Part shown: positions 1 through 12,576 of the stretch, in pieces
Layout of the letters: the number at the start of each line of letters is the position of its first letter
Numbering within the stretch: position 1 is the first letter of the stretch
Source of the DNA: Massalongia carnosa
Lineage: Eukaryota
Length of the DNA: 64,000 nt
Direction of reading: 5' to 3'
NCBI GenBank assembly: GCA_965645245.1
Contig: OZ287069.1
Location: forward strand, 1,798,001-1,862,000
The notes under the pieces: model-generated
Database searches by the model: none
What the model was told of the DNA's origin: nothing
The model's input: the letters and a program-made list of their open reading frames with translations, nothing else
Program-made: the position numbers and the translations under genes

Positions 1-885
1 CAGTAGGGGCACGTTTCTTGTTGGAGAGTTCTAGGTACAGAGTACGTCTACAGAGTACGGCGAGTCGTACCTCTACATATTTGTCCCACAATTCCGGCAT
101 AACTCGTAGAAAAAGAACGAATAATCATTTCCTCTGTTCTATGTTAAACGATGTCAAGCAAGCTACCACGAAGATTTTGTTTTTGGTTGGATGTTTCTCG
201 CTGCTGGGTGGTGATCAGGCTTCATAGGACATGGAACTTTCAAGGGAAAGCAACTCTATGTTCCATGCTATATACTTGGCCAATGCGACTAGCCTCTCCT
301 AGCGTTCGTGGTCGCGTCTCCAACATCGTCCATGTTTCTGTGTTTGCGTGTTTGCTTGCTTGTTGGTGTATGTGTTCGAGCGTTTGCTAGACGCCCCAAA
401 CAAGCGCTATCGTTCCCTTCTTGAACCCTTCTTGAAGGACCACCATTGATTCCTTTCCTCTGCCTCTAGAAGTTTATTGTTATTTGGAGTATGTTCATGT
501 TATAAATCTCATCTTCTCTACTGAAAGTGGTGCTCAACAACTAAAAGTTTCCGATTCTTTGTCGATACTATAAAGATTCAAATTGTGCTCCTATCATAAA
601 TGCCGTCTAACCGTTGGAATGCGACAAATGCTTTCTCGGGATTTCTTCGACGTTACATAGCGATGATTTTTGTCAAAGTAGGTGTTCTGAGTCACATGGT
701 ATGAATCAGGCCTAGTGCCATGAGAAGGGCGTGTGAAATGCCTCTTAAACTTCTCCAAATCTAGGTTTCTTTTCTCTCACAGCTTTAAATATTAATCTAC
801 TCAACCATTTCCAAAAATCTCCAACGCCAAAGCTCATTCCCAAGTGCTCATTCTGCAACGAGCATCCTACCCAATCCTAACCCCC

Positions 886-1545
886 ATGGCATCAAACATG
901 GAGATCATAATCGCCAAGACCAAGAAAATGGTCGAGAAGCAGATGTCCAGCTACGACGCGTCGCATGATTTCAACCACATCGAACGCGTCCTCGCCCTTG
1001 CGCTCAAGATCCAAACCGCTGAACAAACCATCCACCCAGAGCGCACCTTCAACACGCCCCTCGTCACCCTCAGCGCCCTCTTACACGACATCGGCGACCA
1101 CAAATACGTAAAGCCCCAGGAAGACAGCACTCTCCTTGCCGCCTACTTCCTCGAATCGATCGGTGCCGACCATATCCTCGCCACCACCGTCCAACGCATC
1201 GTCAACCATGTCTCCTACTCCCTCGAAACCAGGGACCCCGCGGCCGTGCAGCGGGCGATTGCTGAGATCCCGGAACTCGCCATCGTGCAGGACGCCGACC
1301 GCCTGGACGCGTTGGGAGCCGTCGGCATCGGACGCGCCTTCATCTACGGTGGGGCTCGACCGGCGCCGGACGAGGGGATCGAGAAGGCGGTGCACCATTT
1401 TGGGGAAAAGCTATTGCGCTTGGAGGCACTCATGAAGACGGAGAGCGGGAGGACGATGGCGAGGGTGCGGACGGCGAGGGTGAGGGCGTTTGTGGAGTGG
1501 TGGAAGGACGAGATGGCGGAGGCGGGGTTCTCGGGAGGATCTTAG
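886..1545 (+). CDS. HD-domain metal-dependent phosphohydrolase (YpgQ/YedJ-like family)
   Basis: Motifs SHDFNHIERV, ALLHDIGDHKY and VQDADRLDALGAVGIGRAF give the H...HD...D set. First ATG is at 886 (alternative 898); intronless. Confidence 0.9.
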   Translation: MASNMEIIIAKTKKMVEKQMSSYDASHDFNHIERVLALALKIQTAEQTIHPERTFNTPLVTLSALLHDIGDHKYVKPQEDSTLLAAYFLESIGADHILATTVQRIVNHVSYSLETRDPAAVQRAIAEIPELAIVQDADRLDALGAVGIGRAFIYGGARPAPDEGIEKAVHHFGEKLLRLEALMKTESGRTMARVRTARVRAFVEWWKDEMAEAGFSGGS

Positions 1546-1786
1546 GAGGGGGGGGTAGGAGGGAGGTTTTTTATTTGGGGGGGGGGGCTCTATTCTGAAA
1601 GCCTGTCTCGCTATGTATGATCCGAGCGTAGTTATGTAAGTGAGCGTATAACCCAATGATTTGGGAGAAGAAGGAATAAACATGGCAACAACAACAGCAG
1701 CAGCAGGATTACTGTATAAGCAGTTCCTTGTCCCCTACCTAGTTCACTTATATCAAGTAAACACAACCGTGTTGCTGTAGTAGGAC

Positions 1787-1819
1787 GAGGAGGAGGAGGA
1801 GGAGGAGGAGGAGGAGGAG
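1787..1819. repeat. (GGA)n microsatellite
   Basis: About 11 tandem GGA units are visible. Confidence 0.9.
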
Positions 1820-2250
1820 ATGGCGAAGAGCGCATATAAGAAAGAAAAAGAGAAAAAAGAGGATCCCATGAGTGAGTGAGTAAGTGAGTGAGTGAATGAA
1901 CGGAGGCCGGAAGAAATGAAATATCCGAGGGGAAGATATATATATATTATACCATTGTCATGAGAAACTTAACCATGCAACCAACAAGGAAAATCCGGAA
2001 ATCCCCAACTTTCAATGAACCAGGAGAGATCACAAACGAACGAAGGAAAACAAAGGCCATTACGGGATGTATATCCGTTGAGCAAGAAAGCTCCCTTCCT
2101 ACCCAACCCCCCCTCCCGTGTTTCTCTTTCACCTTTCCTGGTTGGCAACTCTCCTCCCCTTTTCATAAATCCCGCTCCGCTCTCTCTTTCCTAGCTGGCA
2201 ACTCCCCTCTCCTCTTCTCCCCCCCCCCTTTGGATAACGGCAGCTAAAGG

Positions 2251-2335
2251 CATACATACATACATACATACATACATACATACATACATACATACATACA
2301 TACATACATACATACATACATACATACATACATAC
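2251..2335. repeat. (CATA)n tetranucleotide microsatellite
   Basis: About 21 perfect CATA units. They generate the spurious YVCM-repeat ORFs in the ORF track. Confidence 0.97.
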
Positions 2336-2579
2336 GATAGATGGACATGGGGAACGTGGAAGTGGGACTTGGGAATCATCAGCCATTATCCATTATCCGT
2401 AACGTCAACCGTGAGTGTTTGTTTACAGTTCGTGTTCGCTTTCGTACTTAGCATTCGCATTCCGGTTTCCATCGAGTGTTGAAGAAGGAAATGAAAAAAA
2501 CCAAGGACATAACAGGCCAAATGCAAAACCAAGCAAATGAATCGACTAGATTCACCCAACGCAGTCGGAATAACAGCAT

Positions 2580-5524
2580 TCAACCGACAAAATCTCCCGA
2601 AGCCAGCGTTTCCCACGGCCGCCCGGTTTTCCACACCGTTTCCATCAGTCGGCGCGCTTTGTTGACCTAGATAGCAAAACAGCAAAAAAAAGAAGCACCT
2701 CGTCAGCAAAACCTCTCTGTCCCTGTTTATTGTGGGGGGGGGGGAGGGGATTAAAATCGAAAAAGAAACATCAATCTAGATCTTCATGCATACCTGAGTC
2801 ATCCCACTCTCCTCCACGACCCGCAACCGCTCCATGATGCGCTCCCGCTGCGCCGGCTCTTGCGCGTCGCACCCGGCCGTAAACATAGGGAACACCAAAC
2901 ACGCCTCCGCCGTGCCCCCCTTCCGGACTTTGTACAGCGCCCCCACAATCCCGCGGACCGCGAGCTGCACCTCCACGTCTGTCGAGTCTTTGCCCAGGAC
3001 CCGTCGATTAAGATGTATGAGCCCGGCCCAGTGGAACGCGTCGTTGGTGGCCACCATCTCGAGCGAGTCCCAGCCGTCCTCGATCTCGTTCCCGGGCGCG
3101 CGGCGGCGGTGCGGACAACCCGAATATCGATGCGTGCGCGCTTCCTGAAGGTCTTGCGTTAGTTTTTCGGCCGCGGCGACGGTGGGTTCCGAGGGCCGCC
3201 AGTTCTCGCGCAGGTTGCCATCAGAGTCGATGCGTTCGCTGTCGCACAAGCGGGCCAACTCGGCGATCTTGGCTAGGATGCTGACGCAACGGCTGGTGAA
3301 GCCGAGGAGACAATCGATCTGGAAAGCGTGCTCCTCTGCGCCATCTAGGTGGTCGTCGTCGTCGTCGTCGTCGTCGGCCCAGTAGTTGCCGCTGAAAAGA
3401 GGCTTATCGTTTTTGCCACCGCTGAGGCTGCCCAGAACGTCCAGGTAAGCGAACCAGCGGCTGAGGAAGTAGGAGACGCGGTCTTTGCGGTGGACGGAGC
3501 CGGCGCCGCCACGGGCCAGGATCATACGGCGCGCCGTGTTGAGATGGTTCTGCCACGACACAGGCACATCGAAGGTGTTGGGGGAGATGATTTCAAGCGA
3601 GGCTAGCATGATAGCGGTGGCGAGGTTGGCATTGGAGATTTGGCTTGTTGGGTCGTTGAGGGCTCGGCGGAGGCTGGGGAAGACGTTCTCTACATAGTGA
3701 GCGATTCGATTGGATGGTTCGGCATGTTTCAGCAGCCGAGCTCTGTGGCTCGCCGAGTAGGCTAAGAGCAAGTGAAGAAGGTTGATGTCTCCAACCGCCA
3801 CTACAGACAGTTAACCGTGGACTTTTACAAACTATATAGGAACATACTCTGGGGTAGAATGTTTGTAAAGGGGTTTTCTGGGCAGTCGTGGGGGACCAGA
3901 AGTCTCGCTGTGTGGTTCAAGAAATGATGAAAATATAACAAGTTCATTGGGTTCTCTTGTAGCTCTGAAGGTAATGTTCCCAGAGATCTAGGAATCATGA
4001 CTGCAACAGGTTTCGCATAATAGCCTCCCTCGCCTTGAGCCGCATGTAGGCCAAAGCCAAATTCCGGGGGAATGTAAGGGTCATCCGCCGTACTCTCTGT
4101 TTCTGAGTAATAAAGACCAACAGTGGACAAGGACGGAGTAAGACCATTCAACGCAATAGCGTCGTTATTGTTTGGCCAATCAAGATCCGGAAACCCTCGA
4201 TCCAAACCGTAAGGGATAGAAGGAGCCTGTGCTGCGGATTCTATGTATGGCGATGTGGGGGTAATGCTCCCCCCAGAATCTCCTTGGGCTTCGTCTTCGT
4301 CAGGAGGCGAGAGCAGGGAGCTTACCGACAGGCGACGAAGGTCCGGGGATTCCTGTGGGATTTGTGCCGAGGGCTTGTCGGCCGAGAGCGTCTGGATATT
4401 GTCGGATGAAGAGAAGGGACTGAGAGCAACACCGCTATAGCTATTAGACGGACTGTACGAATGGAATGATAATAGTTGCGGGGCGCTATAGGAACTCGCC
4501 GTCTTCGAGGTGCATTCATTGTAATTATTGAACGACATCATTGGATTTCGTGAAGCGCTATCAGAAGTATCCCGTGGTGGACTTAGACGCATTCGTTTAG
4601 TCCTGTGTTCTCCTGCTCTTGGGAATTCTTCCTGACACTGACGAGAAGAGCTCGAATATGATGAAAACGAACGTGAGTTTTGTAGTGGTGGAGGCATCTG
4701 TGAATCCAACAATGAACGGCGAGAGCTTGCGTAGTTGTAATTCATCGCATTTGGGGGAGGGAGTGGAGGGCTATCTACGCTTGAATCTGTAGGGGAAGGA
4801 TAAGATGCACTACTTTGATCTCGAATCCTGGATAGTTGGGCGGCCGAAATCGGATCCATAAATCCGCGTCGCTGCGTACCAGGAAGGCTCAGGTAGCTTA
4901 GATCCGGAATTGAGGTTCTCGTTGATGTGTCCGTATGAGAGACTCCTATGCTAACTTCCCTTTTCAGCGGAACATTAGCACCTGCGGTTCCCTGAGCAGA
5001 TGGAGAGAGAAAGGGAGAGCCCTGGTGCTGCTCCGCAGGCATTTCGCGGTCATCGGGGCCAAATCCTATTTCCTGAGCGTATGCATCCCCTACGCTATCA
5101 CGATCCTGTTTCTGACAAGCGCCAGGTGAATTCAAAGACGAATCGCTTTCCGTTTGGACACTCGCAGCATCAAACAAGGGACGTTGAACGGAGCTCTCCG
5201 ATGATGTCCGCGAGAGGGCTCCCGGGTAACTTCCAGACTTGGGCGTTGTCATGCTGAACAATGGTTCGGGAGTGAAATCGTTGGACTTTCGTTTCGTCCG
5301 GCCTTCCCAATTCAATCGTATGCTGTAATCGCAGGTCTCGCCTTGACGGTCGCAATTCTGGCACTTTGGCTTCTCTTCGCCGCACTTGATCTTTCTTGTT
5401 TTACAAGGCCTAACTCATGTCAGTTCTCATCGGTTTTCTGGTTGTAACTGATCGTGAGTTACCAGCATCCATTGCGACTCCGCTTCTTGGGCTCCGGGCC
5501 CCCTGGCTTTTTGGGTCGGGGCAT
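2580..5524 (-). CDS. Zn(II)2Cys6 transcription factor with C-terminal fungal-specific TF domain (Fungal_trans_2-type), about 905 aa, 4 exons
   Basis: Exons 5524-5463, 5409-3848, 3800-2794 and 2666-2580 join in frame with GT-AG introns. The spliced N-terminus MPRPKKPGGPEPKKRSRNGCWPCKTRKIKCGEEKPKCQNCDRQGETCDY is a complete binuclear cluster. C-terminal motifs include LLYFHHFLNHTARLL, WFAYLDVLGSLS and FPMFTAGC. Confidence 0.92.
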
Positions 5525-5739
5525 TGCTCTTGTGTCAAAATGGACGAAATCTCATCAATGAACTGTTATGCGACGATGAAACCGAGCGGGAGACGAAGAA
5601 ACTGGATGGGGGTTGCGGAGCTAGGCTCTCCCAGCGTTCACTTTACGCACATAACCATCGTTGACGATTAAATACGCCTTGAATGACTCCGTACGGAATA
5701 CACGGTTTAGAAACGGGCAGTCCACTCGAGGGTTGGGCC

Positions 5740-5798
5740 GTCTTCCGTCTTCCGTCTTGCGTTTTGCGTTTTGCGTTTTGTCTTGCGTCTTGCCGTTT
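5740..5798. repeat. Degenerate tandem hexamer run (TCTTCCG/TTTTGCG-like) upstream of the Zn2Cys6 gene
   Basis: Sequence reads gtcttccgtcttccgtcttgcgttttgcgttttgcgttttgtcttgcgtcttgccgttt. Confidence 0.7.
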
Positions 5799-5821
5799 CC
5801 CCAGTGGAAACTAACCTCGTA

Positions 5822-6115
5822 TCACGTGAGATCTTGATAAGGCGACGGGAGAGTTCCGCGATCATTTAATTGCAAGTCAAGTAACACGGACATCTCTGTC
5901 AACACGAGATCACGTGAGTTTGATATTTAGGACTCCAATCCTTTTCTCTTCTTCTCCCCGTACCTACTCTCCTTATGAAGGCAGCAAGGTAATTAGTTAT
6001 CACCAGTAAATTTTCACGAACGGCCAAGTGCCGGTAATAACTAGCTCACTCAGTCATCGGGCTAAGGCTCTGGAGTTGTCGACTGCCCTATCAGGATAGA
6101 TTGAAGCTTCACGTG
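5822..6115. promoter_or_regulatory. Three CACGTG E-boxes and a GATAAG site in the divergent promoter between the Zn2Cys6 gene and the secreted nuclease
   Basis: TCACGTGA at 5822-5829 and 5910-5917, CACGTG at 6110-6115, GATAAG at about 5836. Function is inferred only. Confidence 0.5.
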
Positions 6116-6337
6116 TGGAACACTGACACTATCCACCTTCTGTGGCTCGGCGACATCGAACCACCTGCTGTTCTAGGCTAATGCTTTGCTACCTTCGAAC
6201 ACGTGCTTACATCTTTGCTATCCTTCCAAATCTATAAAGCTCTGCTTATTGTCCACGGAATGCAATATCTCCGTTTTCTCCTTGGTTCGCCACAAAAGAA
6301 AACCCCTTTTGTTTCTACATTTCCTCACTCCTCAAGT

Positions 6338-7140
6338 ATGAACTCTCTTTTCTCTGCCCTTCTCATCGCCCCTCTCCTCACCCACGCTTTCCCCTTCCCA
6401 CTCCCCTTCCCCACGCCCCCCAACATCCCTTCTGCAAGCGCCGCCCAAACCCAACTCGCCTCCCTCCAAGTCGCACCCCAAGGCCCGCAAACAGGCTATA
6501 GCCGCGCCCTCTTCCCTCACTGGATTACCCAGTATGGCACCTGCAACACCCGGGAGGTGGTGCTGAAGCGTGATGGTACGAGCGTGGTACAGGACGCTAG
6601 CTGCGCAGCTGCAAGCGGGCAATGGTACAGCCCGTACGACGGCGCGTCGTGGACTCTGGCTAGCGATCTGGATATCGACCATGTGGTTCCGCTGTCAAAT
6701 GCTTGGAAGGCTCGTACTCGTCTTTCTTCTTTGCGCCAAGTTGCTGCCCAATCCCAATCCTTCCCCTTTTTTCCAAGTTTTAGGGGGAAATCGAGAGCTA
6801 ACCCCCAAACAAAGTCCGGCGCAGCGGCTTGGACGACAGCCAGGCGTCAGGCCTTTGCCAACGATCTTACCAACCCGCAGCTAATAGCCATCACCGACAA
6901 CGTGAACGAGGAGAAAGGCGACAGCGGCCCTGAAGACTGGCAACCTCCCATTAGTAAGCCATTCTTTCCCCCCAGGCAACCCAAGTCGGTATGCGACCTT
7001 TTGGCTGATTTTTGTGCGAATTTGGAGCTTCGTACCACTGTACCTACGCGAAGATGTGGGTTAAGGTTAAGAGCACTTATAGCTTAAGCGTGACTTCGGC
7101 GGAGAAGGCCGCGCTGGTGGGGATGTTGGATAGTTGCTAG
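6338..7140 (+). CDS. Secreted DUF1524 (His-Me finger/HNH) nuclease, about 207 aa, 3 exons
   Basis: Signal peptide MNSLFSALLIAPLLTHA, then GYSRALFPHW, CNTREVVLKRDG, DLDIDHVVPLSNAWK/SGA, FANDL, NEEKGD and CTYAKMWVKVK. Exons 6338-6709, 6815-6953 and 7028-7140 sum to 624 nt. Confidence 0.88.
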
Positions 7141-8731
7141 GGTCTTTAGCGGAAGGATGTGAACCTCACGCTGCACTACGCTAGAGACTATGCAACTAAC
7201 CAAACAGGACATTTCCAGACACTGATAGAGACACTCACCACATGGAATTATATTCCCCACCTATCCTCGATAATTTATTTATCCATCAATATCCCCTTCC
7301 CCCTAAAAAACCCCAGAATGATACAAATAACTAACCCCTCGTACCAAACCCCTTATTTTACTGTTAGCCATGTACCCACTCACATTCTCTCCTCACCCCA
7401 TCTTTAATCTCCATACATTCCCTATTCCGTTCCCACTGTCTCTGCCAAACAACCTTCCTCCCCTAGTAACCCCCAATCCCGGAGAAAACCCACCAGTTCA
7501 ACAACGATGCCTTTCCCAGCCCCGCTCTCCCTTTTTTTTTCTTATTTCTTTTCTGTGTTTGATACACTACATTACATATTATCTCGTCATTCCCCCCCCC
7601 ATACTACCAGAAAAGCTTCCTCCTCCATCCTCCATCCTTCATACCCTCATCCATCCATCCATCCCCCTTCCTTCCTCTCATAAACCCTCATTTCAAGCCA
7701 AGCACCCCCCCCCCCCCAGTAAAGTTACCGTTCAGTGAAGGAAGAGAAGGAGTTGCAGGAGTTTTTTTTCGGGAGGGGGAGAAATATTTGGGAGATATTT
7801 CTCCATTCGTTCATTTACCTACCTCCCTCCCCTTGACCTATCTATCTGTTTCACCTTTCTATACTCTGTACCTATCTCCTTCCTTCCTTCCTTCCCTCCC
7901 TCCTATTGTACAGTACGTTGTATTATACTGTATATAGAAATGTATACTATAGAAACGTATATATAAATATACCAAAAAAACCCCCCACAGGATAACTAAC
8001 CAGAACCGGAAACTCCCTGCTCAGGCTCACACAGCCAGGCCCCAGTCTGTACGTGCGTAGTGCTATACCCTCTAGTTACGTCCCAAGAAAAATAAATTTT
8101 AAAGTGGAATAGCCCAAAGAACATACAGTATAGTACAATACGCAAAAGCCGTGCAGTTCTAACCTAACTACTTAGCTACTGACCTAGCAATCGATATGGC
8201 GCCTAGCGAAAAACCCCCAAACCCTTTCTGTTTCTCTAGCAGCTACATTTTCAGGAGCAGGAGCAAAGAAGCGAGGAAAAGAAATAAAAATAAAAGATCC
8301 CTTGTGTTAGGGGTTTGGGAAAAGGGGAGGGCTTGATGGAGCTTGGGAGAGGAGGTGTAGAGAAAGGGGGTTTTGGGAGAGGAGGGGCGGGTTTCCGGGG
8401 TTAGGAGAAGGTAAGCTGGTCTAAATTTTATAAGTCGCGGATTAAAGGAGAGACTGTTTATTTGACAAGATAAAGAGAGAGAGAAAAGTATAGAGCGTAA
8501 GATCTAGTGCGTTCGTTTTCCTCCTTCCTTTCTTTCTTTCTACTTTTGTGACAACGGGAAGCCCCCGGTAGTGATAAGTAGAGAAATAGAAAAAGGTCCA
8601 TCTAAGCCACCCAGCCCAACATTCAGCTCCCCAGGGTCGATGCTTGTCTCTACCCATAACCGTTGAATCTAAGTAGCTGGTTTGAGAAGAAGTTAATACC
8701 GCGTGACCCTGTCCCAACCCCCCGCTACGAT

Positions 8732-9200
8732 CTAGCACACGATGGAGATGGAGGCACCGCCTTGGGTGAGGTAAAACGCGTTGGTGGTCCCATCGTTGGC
8801 GATGGGGATGCAATTCCCTCCCGCCTGCCCGTGGACGGTGGCGTGGCCTTGGCAGTTCTGCCCCTCCCACACCTTATACTTGCAGAAGCTGCTGTCCTGG
8901 AACTTGGCACCGTAATCGCCGCCGCCGTTAGGAAAGTTGTGGCAGGAGCCGGAGGAGTAGGCGCCGTTGAAGACAGGATTGCTGTCGCAGGCGCCCGAGC
9001 TGTAGATCTGCGCGCCAACGTTGAGGCGCTTTTCGAGCTGCGCGGGGGCAGGCTTGGCTTCAGCTTCGGCGGCGGGGGCGGCCATGGCAAAGGAGAGAAG
9101 GGCGAAAGCCGCAAGGATAGGGGTCATGTTAAATTGCTGTGGGGGGGAAGTGGTGAGTTTATTTTCGGATAGGTAATACACGGGAGACTTTTCTTACCAT
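8732..9200 (-). CDS. Small secreted cysteine-containing protein (pre-pro-protein, Kex2-type KR site, 97-aa mature part with 6 Cys)
   Basis: ATG-only first exon 9200-9198, intron 9197-9137 (GTAAG...CTCAC...CAG), exon 2 9136-8732. Product is MQFNMTPILAAFALLSFAMAAP...LEKR|LNVGAQIY...SISIVC. Confidence 0.85.
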
Positions 9201-10877
9201 TTTTGCTGAAGGACGATTTGGAATAGTGGACTAGGAGTGTCGGTTTGAGTGTTAGGTGATTGGTAGTAGATGTTGATTGCGCTGCTGAGTTTAGTGTGAT
9301 CGGATGAAGAACGAAACTGATGGGAATTTCTCCTCTCTTTATAGATTATTTCCCCTTGGTCTAATGAGCTTAACATATTGACTATCCTAACATACCCATC
9401 GCTAGCATTACCGACGATCTCTATTGTTTAAGGCAGTCGGCCTCTTTGGCCACGCGTATACGCAGCATAAGCGGCTTGGAACTGCTAATAATGCTCGGTG
9501 CCACTTTTCTCACACCGTCTGTTGCAGCCGACAGTCAGGAAGGTTCAAACTGAAGCTTTATTCAATAGCCGCGAATATTGGAGTCAGCCAGCTGGTTAAG
9601 GCACAGTCAGGGTTTAGCGTTAGTACTTCGAGCAGTTATATGTGGAGATTCGATATCTTTCTTCACTACCTGATACATGAAATTTAGCAGCATTCTCTTC
9701 AATGTAGTGCCTAGCAAAGCTTTACGCTGTATTACCCTCATGATAACAGCATTCGCTCAAAGTCGAAATCAAGACATCGGGTATATCCCTGAATCTGAAA
9801 AGCATAAAATAACTGTCGTGGGCGTTAAAGACGGAAATAAGTAACACCCATGCCAGGGTCGCGTAGAAATTCAGACCGAAAACATATGGCTGCCAGAGAG
9901 AAGAGTATTGACCAAGCGCCACGTCTTAGGATTCGACCCGAAACATTCCACCACCAGATTTCTCTATGGATGATTCATAACGAGGGGGGAGAAATATCAA
10001 GACATTGTTCAACAAGCATTCCCGGACTCGATCTCACTGCATATGTTCCACCTCCATAAGCACACTGCAGTATCTCCGTTCTTCGTCCATCGGGTGACGT
10101 TGTCCCGATCATAGCTGAGGCGATCGTTACGGATACCTCCGCTAGCCACAATGGTTGGTAGATTCCATCCGCCACCTGATCTATCATCTGCAACGCCTTC
10201 ATGATGAATACTTTGGTTCGGCGACAGCTGAGGAAACCCGCTGGTGAGATATTTCAGGGCAGCCGAACGCACTATAGAGTAGAATCTTCTGTCATCACCG
10301 CGCATGAACCGATCGGGTTGATCATAAACGTGCGTTTCGTGGACAGTCTGTTTTCTCACATGCTGACTGGACGTCGCCGACAACATGATAGAGTCCTTCG
10401 GGGTCTTCGGACCGAATCTCCTTTTCCATCAATATGTTATTAACTTAGAGGAGCTTAGTGCAAGGCTGATTCATCGGTTCCACTCCCCGAGGCTATCGCA
10501 TGTAACTTAACTATACCCTATAGCGCTAACTACAGAATACAGTACCTGTAGAGTTCTCCATACGTACGGACTAATGTATACTTTGTAATGTTCATCGTAT
10601 GGAGAGTAGTACAGAGTAGAGAGCTAACAATCGACCTCAATCCTCTTTGAACTGTACATCAAGCTTTGGAATTCTATGGCCAGTTGAATTGCTGATCCTT
10701 TCACTTAAAATCGTCTTGTCCTACATTTGTTCATGTTTGGAGAACCTATCCCCCATCCCCGCGAGAGAAAAAGTACGAGTGTGTGTGTGTGAAAGAGAGA
10801 GAAAGAGAGAGAAAAGGAGCGCGCGTGCTACTCTGTATTACTATCATCATCGCCTCCTCTGATCTAACTTGTTCTAA

Positions 10878-11878
10878 ATGTCCCGTCATTCTCTCCAAAG
10901 ACTTTCGTCTCCATCGCATGGCTTCTCCTCCCTTCTTCATGCATGCCAATCCCACTTCCAAAGTAAAGATACGGCCCTATCTGACTTTCATAGTTTGCAG
11001 GTCTCTCCTGCTTTGCCGCGTCGTTTAAATAGTACGTGTGTATAGACTGGAGCTTCTGGGTGTGAAACATGTAGGCTGACTGTCATTGTTATCTAGCCTC
11101 GTTGATTTCCCCACGCCAATGTACTTCAAGCCCGCTCTTTATTTCTCCTGCCGTCGATTCACTAAATCTCCCTTTACCCTAGCAATGTCTCATACGGATG
11201 GCATTTTCAATACCTCACCATTGTTGGACTATCGCTTGGGACGTTGGCTTTTGTCTTCGGCTCGTTGGCTGATCTGACCGATTCAGCCCGGTTGTTCCGG
11301 CTGAAGAATATACTGTCTATGTGTACAACTCCGTTAGAGGTGTTGATCAGCATTCTGTACTGGAGCATCAGAAGTGTAAGTTCAACAACTAAGATATAAT
11401 CTTGACTTACCATTTCCATTTGCTGAAGATTGGCTCTTCGAAAATGCAGATTAATAAGGATCTTGTTATCCCCGAATGGGCCCAACTCGGTCTCATGCCC
11501 GGTACCTCGTCCTTCCAGGTTCCGACTTCATCTTCAGAATGCTAACTCCCTTTTGCCATGAGTTCAGATCTGGGATTTCACATCATTCCCTCTGTTGTCT
11601 TAATCACCGACTTCCTCTTCTTCTCTCCTCCGTGGAACATTAGCTTCACCCAAGCGATGATTGTAAGCTGTGCGATAGCATTCCCATACTGGTTTTGGGT
11701 CGAGCAATGCCACCGTCATAATGGATGGTATCCTTATCCAATTTTCGAGCTCTTGACCCCTGTATGGCGGGTCGGCCTATTCTCTTTCAGCGCATTACTC
11801 ATGGCGGGCAGTACGATGGCGCTAAAGGCATTATACGGGAAAGTAAACGGATATGATAGAAGGGAAGGATTAAGGTGA
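10878..11878 (+). CDS. FAR-17a/AIG1/ADTRP-family integral membrane Thr/His hydrolase (multi-exon)
   Basis: Spliced product MSRHSLQRLSSPSHGFSSLLH...YGWHFQYLTIVGL...PLEVLISILYW...DLGFHIIP...GWYPYPIF. The family's conserved Thr (YLT) and His (GFH) are present. Several short introns. Confidence 0.8.
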
Positions 11879-12576
11879 GGCGTACAAAAAACTCGTCGTA
11901 AAGGGCTTATTACTTTATTGATGGCATTGATGACGAGCAACTATATATTTTCTCGATGCAGCTTGTTTTTTACTTTCCGTTGGGGTTTTTCGGTATTCCT
12001 GTATCGACACAACTTGTTCCTCGCAGCTTGGCATGCAGCTACGGTTCTTATTTTCTATTTAACATATCTAAAGTGTTCTGATACATCTTTATTCAGCTAT
12101 TTATTCAGTTATACTTTAAAGGGCGGGACGTCTTAGTTATTCACTGGATACCTATAAACAAGGCCACAGCTTAAACTCAGCTGGAAATTTCGTTGTTGAA
12201 TAATGTGCTAGAAGTCGTACAGTATTGAGAATTTTTTCCTTGAACAAAGTGTTGATTAGATCTGAGCGATTCGACTTTCCAGAATACAAAGATTTGCACT
12301 TTCGAGAGTCATCCAGAGTAGAACCGCAGCAGATTGTTTGTTTGACTTTCTATTGTTTTGCCTTGCTCTCTTTGTTTTCCTTGTTCCCAGTGTGCTTATT
12401 GTTCTCTTTGTTCTCTCAAGTCTCTTTACTTTCTCTGTTACTGGTCCCCTTTCTTCCTTTGTTTTCTCTCAACTTTTGACGTCAAAACACTTCATGTTTT
12501 AGTCGATGCAACATATGATGCAACATCTAGATCTATACAAACTTCACTCCTCGTTAGCAAATGCAAACTGTACACG

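Noticed and set aside
2129..2386. ORFs encoding (YVCM)n repeats that look like a repetitive peptide precursor
   Set aside because: They are a translation of the (CATA)n microsatellite, with no signal peptide or processing sites.
9400..10450. Several overlapping 60-125 aa ORFs
   Set aside because: No recognisable motif or consistent splice model; may be UTR or a relic.
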